Origin: the human T2T-CHM13v2.0 reference genome, Homo sapiens
NCBI RefSeq assembly: GCF_009914755.1
Contig: NC_060930.1
Length of the DNA stretch: 64,000 bases
Strand: one strand, 5' to 3'
Under the pieces are notes generated by a model. The model had not been told where the DNA came from, searched no databases, and worked only from the letters and a program-made list of their open reading frames with translations. Positions 57,520 to 64,000 of the stretch are shown here, one piece after another. Every line of letters begins with the position of its first letter. The first letter of the stretch is position 1. The position numbers and the translations under genes are program-made.

Positions 57520-58123
57520 TAACATCTTTTGTCTACCCATAGTTATCTCAGTCCTTCGTTCTTGCTAACGAAACCCTGACTTTATTCAGAGTGGCAATAT
57601 GACAAGTTTCCAGCAATGATTCAGGATTGCTTTAGGCCAATTATGATGAGCTTTCCTCTTTGCCATATGAAAGGAGTCTTTTCCCCACTCCTTTACACCT
57701 GCAGGTGGCTGTGGCCCTGATCTAGTCATGAGATGTAGAGGGAGTCTACTGGGTCAGGGAAGGGGGATCTTCTGGGAAACATCTTTCTCTGTTGTAAAAA
57801 AGAAATCCCTTTTTTCATCACATTTCTTTTCCCTTCCTAAAATAAATGTACCCATGCAAAGATGTAATATTAAACCTGTGGCAGCTATTTTGTAATGCTG
57901 AGGGACAAGCCTGAAGATGCAAAACTCATATCCTGAAGATGGGAGAGACAAAAGGAGTCTGTATTCTTAACAACAATTTTTAAGCTGCTGCAAAAATCTG
58001 GAAGCTTATCTTCAAACTTCTTGTTATGTAAAATAATTAAAAACTACTTTATGGCTTAACTGGTTTTTAGTCAGATACTCTGACTAGTCAGATATTGGAG
58101 CTGAAAGTATTTCTAATATATAC
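57520..58123 (+). mobile_element. Old MaLR LTR (MLT1J/K-like)
   Basis: 'ttcttgctaacgaaaccctgacttta..gcagctattttgtaatgctgagggacaagcc..aacttcttgttatgtaaaataattaaaa..agctgaaagtatttctaatatataca'. Confidence 0.65.
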
Positions 58124-58441
58124 AGTGCTCCTATGAAGTTGTTAGTTAAAATCAGGTGGATAGCCAAGAATTTTACAATTAAGGCAGAAGAATTAGAAGC
58201 TAACCTTAATGTAGGCTAGTATTTAAAACGACCCTTGAGCACTCAGTTTACTCAGGATTTGTGTCACTAATAATTTTCAGACCTTGTATTTAGTAGTTCA
58301 TTGAAAATCCAAACAGAACAAGTGCTATTGGTTTTATTTTTTTCCCCTACCATTTGCATCTGAATAAACATGCCTGGGGCTCTGCAGGAGACCCCTGTCA
58401 GATTTTTGAGATGTCTGCTAGACCCTCCCTCATTTGGTGAG

Positions 58442-58810
58442 TGTATTAATCCATTTTCACGCTGCTGATAAAGACATACCTGAGACTGGGCAATTTACAA
58501 AAGAAAGAGGTTTAATGGACTTACAGTTCCATGTGGCTGGGGAAGCCTCACAATCATGGTGGAAGGCAAGGTGGAGCAAGTCATGTCTTACATGGATGGT
58601 AGCAGGCAAAAAGAGAACTTGTGCAGGGAAACTGCCATTTGTAAAGCCATCATATCTCATGAGACTCATTCACTATCACGAGAACAGCACAGGAAAGACC
58701 CGCCCACATAATTGAACCACCTTCCACCAGGTTCCTCCCACAACAGGTGGGAATTGTGGGAATTACAATTCAGGATGAGATTTTGATGGGAACACAGTCA
58801 AACCATAATA
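58442..58810 (-). mobile_element. THE1 (B/C-like) solo LTR
   Basis: tgtattaatccattttcacgctgctgataaagacatacctgagactggg..; perfect 5-bp TSD gtgag at 58437-58441 and 58811-58815. Confidence 0.95.
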
Positions 58811-59339
58811 GTGAGTGAATCTCACCAAATATTTATTGCTTTTAGATATCTTGCAAATTCCTATTCTAAGCTCATGGAGAGAAATGTGTAAGCTCTTTCC
58901 TTTCTTGCAGGTTTCCATTGGAAGGAGAAGACTGTCTTTAGCCCACTGCATCCCCTCAAGCCATCCCAAGCTTTCTCTGTGCCAGGGACTGGACGCACGC
59001 TAAAATACGAACCTGTGTGGACTTCTTTCTTAGGAGCCTTTGCACCAGCACAGTTGAGTTGTTACACCATTCACTTCTGTCTCTAACTTAACAACCCACC
59101 TTGGGAGGTTTAACTCAATATATCTTTGTTACTATTTATAAAGTAGTGTGTCTGTTCCCCATTTCCTCTTCCTAAATGCATTGACTTGCTCTTCTACTCT
59201 TATTTCAAAACATAAAAGGAGAGCTCTCAAGAAGCTGTTGGCTCCTGCATCCCATCAGTCAGCACCAAAACCTTACTAAGAAAGATGGTTGTCTATTTTT
59301 CATCCTATATGGTAACTTAACTTATTAAACATAGTAATA

Positions 59340-59497
59340 CATTAGATTGGTATATGACTTAGAGTTTACAGGTGCTTTTATGATAAATATTTTGTCATTT
59401 AATGTCCTAGGAATTTTATGTGTTGGGTTTTTATTCCTCTGTTTAAAACAAGGAAGTTGAGAGCCAGAGAGATGAAGTGACTTACCTAGGGCCACAT
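59340..59497 (-). mobile_element. MIR fragment cut by the adjacent LTR
   Basis: 'ttttattcctctgtttaaaacaaggaagttgagagccagagagatgaagtgacttacctagggccaca'. Confidence 0.7.
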
Positions 59498-60298
59498 TGA
59501 TACATGAGGCGGGAAGGGAAGTGCTGAGTAGAGAAGGGCAGGGTCCCTGGCAAGGGCTCCACCACTGGGCCTGTGCCCACAAACCTAGGTGAGGAAAAGC
59601 ACTCCTGTTTTCATGCCCAAATGTAGCATTTTCCAAGACCGCTCTGACCCTCCACACCCCCAACCTGTGCCTATAAAAACCCTGACACCCTAGCAGGCAC
59701 ACACACAAGCAGCTGGACATTGAGAAAAACACAACGGCAGAACACATCAATAGATGCTGGCAGGTCATTGATGGCGAAATGATGTGGATGCCAAGGGAAA
59801 TTTGACCAAGGGCGGTTGGAGGAGAGCCCAGCTGCTGAGCAGCCCAAACTCCAGGGGAAGACCACCTTCCCACTCCATCCCCCTTCTGGCTCCCCATCCA
59901 TCCACTGAGAGCTACTTCCACCACTCAATAAAACCTTGCACTCGTTCTCCAAGCCCACACGTGACCCGATTTTTTCGATACACTAGGGCAAGAACCCCAG
60001 GATAGAGAAAGCCCTCCATCTTTGTGATAAGACAGAGGGTCTAACTGAGCTGATTAACACAAGCTGCCTGCGGATGGCTAAGCTGAAAGAGTACACTGTA
60101 ATACACACCCACTGAGGCTTCCAGAGCTGTAAACACTCAACCCTAGACACTGCCCTGGGGTTGGAGCCCACGTGCGCCACGACCTGCCTGTCTGCCTGCT
60201 CCCCCTAGGGGTTTGAGCTTTGGGGCACAAAAGAAGCGAGCCACACCCCCATCACATGCCCTGTGAGGGGGATAAGGGAAAACTCCTGTCCCGTTTCA
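59498..60298 (+). mobile_element. LTR1-family (ERV1) solo LTR
   Basis: TG..CA termini (tgataca..ccgtttca), TATAAAA 59672-59678, AATAAA 59927-59932, 4-bp TSD acat/acac. Confidence 0.85.
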
Positions 60299-62379
60299 AC
60301 ACGGCATGACTCGCAAAGAGATGTTAGGTGTGTGTCCCGGTTCTCCTTTACCAGTGTTTGAATAGAGGGTGAAGATGGCAACCCTGGAAGGTAAGTTAGA
60401 GAGTGTATTTCATTTTTATGCATAGTACATTGAAATTCTATGTCTTACTCCCTTTTCCATGTGGGATAATTAAACCTGCCATGTGTCAAGGGAAGTTGAG
60501 TGAGATCAGGGAGGGGGGTGCTCTGAAGAACCAGAGGCAAATATAAACTCAGGAGGGGCAAGGTCAGCCCCAGGAAGCAGCATCAAATCCTGGGTCTCCA
60601 GAGTGGGTGCGAGATGACAAAGACACAGGCAAGAGGCTGGGAGCCAGGGCATCAGGACAAGGCCGGAGGCAGAGGCCAGATTACATGGAGCAAAATAGTG
60701 TGATCTGGCTCACAATATAAGTTACAAATACAGAAAAGGGTCTTGACCGGGTTCTGACCAGGCACTGGTCTGGTGGCACAGGAAAACTGTCCCACTGGAA
60801 GCCTAAAGAAACAAAACCACTGAGGGTTGAAGAATGGGGTTTCACAGTTGCTCTAAAATAGCCATCAATCAATGCAAATGTGAACTGGGTCTGACCAGAA
60901 ATGCTCTGATAGAAGGTGAACATTATTTTAAAATATTATCCTTGAAAAACATACATGAAGATAAATGTCTTTGACCAGAGACAATAGAGTTATGCAAATT
61001 CCGATCATTCAAACTGCATATGGGAAGGAAGGAGGTGCATCCTTGTTGCCAATGAAGACGCTGAGGAAAAGCCAAGCACCGTGGTGGGGTGAGGATAGGC
61101 ACCATAGAAAAAGAATACTTTCTGGCATCATCTTGGTTGAAGAAGGCAATGGAAGTCTTTTACAACTAAGAATAGACAGCAACTCCTGAAAATCTTTTAG
61201 CTCATAGTTTCATCTGAAAAACAGTCAAATTTTGAGTCCAGTCTAGCTGAAAATGTGCATCCCTTGTTATGGGGTGGGTGCTGTTTCCGTGGATAGAGGT
61301 GATTCTGAAGGGGACCAAGCACCCTGGTTTGCCCAGGACTGACGGTGGTTTCCCTGGACACAAGACTTTCAGACTGGGAAAGTATTAGGCAAACCAGCAC
61401 AAGTTGGCCATCAGCGGCAACCTTTCTCCCACAATGACACAATTCTTCTTAGAATAACCCACAGCTGCCAGGATGCCCCTCTCATGCTCACCCACGACAT
61501 CTGCCAGGTCAGGGCCAGGACACCAGACAGATGGAGCTGGGGATGACCATGGTGTGGGGCATGCGCTGGGGCGGGCAGACTCCTCAACAGCTGGGCTCAG
61601 CAATGGCCTCTGCCCCAGCACATTTTCTGAAGAATTTAGCTGTCTATTTTCAGAGGAAAAATACAAATGTTAAGTCCTTCGTGTATGCAGTAGACATTTA
61701 AGAATTCCACTTCCACCCCACCCTCAAAATTGGGCTTTATTTATTTTTATTTTTTTTACCAGAGAAAGAGACAGAGACAGTGATGGCGAGACTCAAGCAC
61801 GCATATCTTGATGGACTCCAAAATGCTCTTCCTAATTCCTTCTCTGTGGCTCATTCTTCATCCTCTATTTGCATTGGTATGCCAATTCATTGCTGACACT
61901 TCAGTGGATGACTTGGAAGTGATTTTTAAAAAATTATTACATCAATGTCAGTATGACAAACTTTGCCAGTTCAAATGTGTACTGCCTTGGAAGTGGCATT
62001 GCATGAGGAAAAATTATTTTCTAACAAAAATAGGAATAAAATTCAAAATTATATATAAAAATCTAAAATGAAAACGACAGAACCTGTAGTAACCTCTGCA
62101 TGATGTAAAGGTGGTTGCAATAAAAATCGCGAGGAAAACTGAAAAGCAGACTGCTTCATTCTCCTTGTGATTCATCGGCCTTGGGGTTTCAGCCTCTGAA
62201 AGTTAGAACATGTGTTTGTTTGATGTGAAAAGTATCCAGAGACAAATATCAAATCTCACATAAATTTTTAGTACCTTGGGTAGATTGTAAAATCAAGACT
62301 GCTTCATGAAGGCAACAGGACTCTAAATAAACTCTGGAACTAGAGTCAGTCTTTTTATAGTGTGGATACTATATGTAGG

Positions 62380-62520
62380 GTAGGTAAGTTATTTTACAGA
62401 ATAAGAAATCTAGACATGAAGACTCAAATGAGTTTAAGGTTTTGCCTAAACGCATACAACTTTTAAGCCACACCTGGGCCAAACCATTTGACCCCAGATC
62501 TGTGCTTTTCCTGCTATCCC
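62380..62520 (-). mobile_element. MIR fragment
   Basis: 'ttattttacagaataagaaatctagac..gagtttaaggttttgcctaaacgcatacaac..atttgaccccagatctgtgcttt'. Confidence 0.6.
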
Positions 62521-62654
62521 ACATGGAAATGTATCTGGATGATGTGGAATTTCTCCTGTATTCCTCGCCCTTTCTGACTATACCTTGTGTATTGGTCTAG
62601 TTAGGTAAATGCAAGTACACGTAAAGCCCCACCCCACCACCTATTACCTGCAAT

Positions 62655-62806
62655 TTTTTTAACCACTCTGAGTCATAGCTGGCTGTTTAAAAAATGTGCA
62701 TATAAATTCATACCTCGTGGGGGATATTGTGAGACTTAATGAGACAACATTTGTAAAGAATTTGGGGTAGTCTTTGGCACATAGTAATAGCTCAATAAAC
62801 GGAAGT
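62655..62806 (+). mobile_element. MIR 3' fragment
   Basis: 'tattgtgagacttaatgagacaacatttgtaaag..tggcacatagtaatagctcaataaacg'. Confidence 0.75.
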
Positions 62807-62899
62807 GTAAGGTAGAAAAACTACATAAAAATAACACTCTGTAAGCAAACTTCTGCAAAAAATGTCATTATAATATGTCAAATCGTGGTATGCTAGTTT

Positions 62900-63607
62900 T
62901 AAAACTGCCTTTGCAAAAATTATAACTAAGACAATTATTACAGTCAAAGAGATCTGACCTAACTCACCCCATCTTGCTTCTAACGTCCAAACTGTCCTTG
63001 TCCATTCCTGGATGTAGGCCGAACTCATTTTGGGAGGAACTTAGTTTATAGTTTAACTTTGAAACAAAAATGATAACAGCCTTTTCCCAAAATAAGCCCC
63101 CTTCCTGTCTGAGGACTAGACTTCCTTTGTAGTACTAGCCACAAGATTAGAGATGATGGTTTAGGGGTCATGCAGCTGGAGGCTGCAAGATTCTCAGCCT
63201 CCCCAAATTGCTCCTGGGGATAACATCACTACTGTCGAACCTAAGATCAGTGCTTGAGATATTTTGTAGACCCTGCACTGGGTGAATCTATTGGCACCAC
63301 TCAGATCGATAAACTAGCTCATCTGGTCTTGTGGCTCCCACCAAGGAACTGACTGAGCGCAAGAGGACAACTTTGACTCCTTATAATTTCATCTCCTACC
63401 CAACCAATCAGGACTCCCAACTCACTGCCTCCCTACCCACTTACCCACTAAATTATCCTTAAAAACTTCAATCCCTGAGTTTTCAAGGAGACTGATTTGA
63501 GTCATAATAAAACTCTGGCCTTCTGCACAGCTGGCTCCATATAAATTACCCTTTTTCTATTGCAATTCCCCTGTCTTGATAAATTGGTTCTGTCTAGGCA
63601 GGTTACA
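62900..63607 (+). mobile_element. LTR8A-like solo LTR (ERV1)
   Basis: taaaactgcctttgcaaaaattataac..aaagagatctgacctaac..ggttaca; perfect 4-bp TSD gttt at 62896-62899 and 63608-63611. Confidence 0.9.
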
Positions 63608-63639
63608 GTTTGCAAAGCAGTTTGAGTCATCAGCACCAC

Positions 63640-64000
63640 TTGTAAGGATTTATTAAATCTCCCCTCTGTCTGGGGGCTGTGTGTATGTGTGCCCATGCCT
63701 GGATGAGTGTGGTGTGTGTACTGGGGTCAGAGCAGACAGTATAGGGCAGGTTTTAAACAAATGTGATACCTGGGCTTAGCTTTCAAGAAGTTTCCAATCT
63801 TGTTGAAGATTTAACTCTGGAACTGAAAAATTCACAACTAGATCTGATGTTTCTCAAATTAATAACAGAAGAAATAAGACCTCCAGGAGCTGACAGGAGG
63901 GAGTGGGCAGCCCTGGCTAGAGTGACCCAGGAGAGCTTCACTGAAGACATGGGATTTGCAGTCACCTTGGAAAGATGAAGAGGATCCGACAGGCAGAGAA
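63640..64000 (-). mobile_element. L2 3' fragment, running off the window edge
   Basis: 'aaggatttattaaatctcccctctgtctggggg..ccaggagagcttcactgaagacatgggatttgcagtcaccttggaaagatgaagagg'. Confidence 0.6.

Noticed and set aside
54223-58810. Two THE1 LTRs as one element
   Set aside because: They are in opposite orientations, the second has its own TSD, and there is no THE1 internal sequence between them
59325-59924. 199-aa minus-strand ORF
   Set aside because: It is an antisense read-through of the LTR1 and MIR sequences

Overview
This window is primate (human-like) nuclear DNA, apparently intergenic or intronic, and roughly half of it is interspersed repeats. I found no host protein-coding gene, tRNA, rRNA or CRISPR array. 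Every ORF with a recognisable protein is a broken L1 ORF1/ORF2 or HERV-L gag/pro/pol remnant. Main elements: (i) a full-length old L1MA-type LINE (3227-10657) that keeps a 14-bp target-site duplication (TSD) and carries two Alus; (ii) an Alu fused to a 5'-truncated L1PA inside one TSD (26551-29353); (iii) a triple nest in which an MST/MLT1A MaLR LTR is split by an HERV-L/MLT2A provirus, itself split by an L1PA (31088-37520); (iv) many solo LTRs (MLT1, MSTA, THE1, LTR8, LTR1, MER4-group), hAT DNA elements (MER33, MER102, MER91, MER53), MIR and L2 relics. Unique DNA holds two candidate regulatory islands: a CpG/GC-box/CCAAT region near 41 kb, and an NF-kB/IRF/CRE/FOX/STAT-like cluster near 47.5 kb followed by plausible non-coding exons. 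There are also several small local duplications and a perfect hairpin. Repeat subfamily names come from remembered consensus sequences, not a search, and ancient-repeat boundaries are approximate. I see no firm evidence for a new biological system. The best leads are the candidate lncRNA unit and the Alu-L1 chimera.
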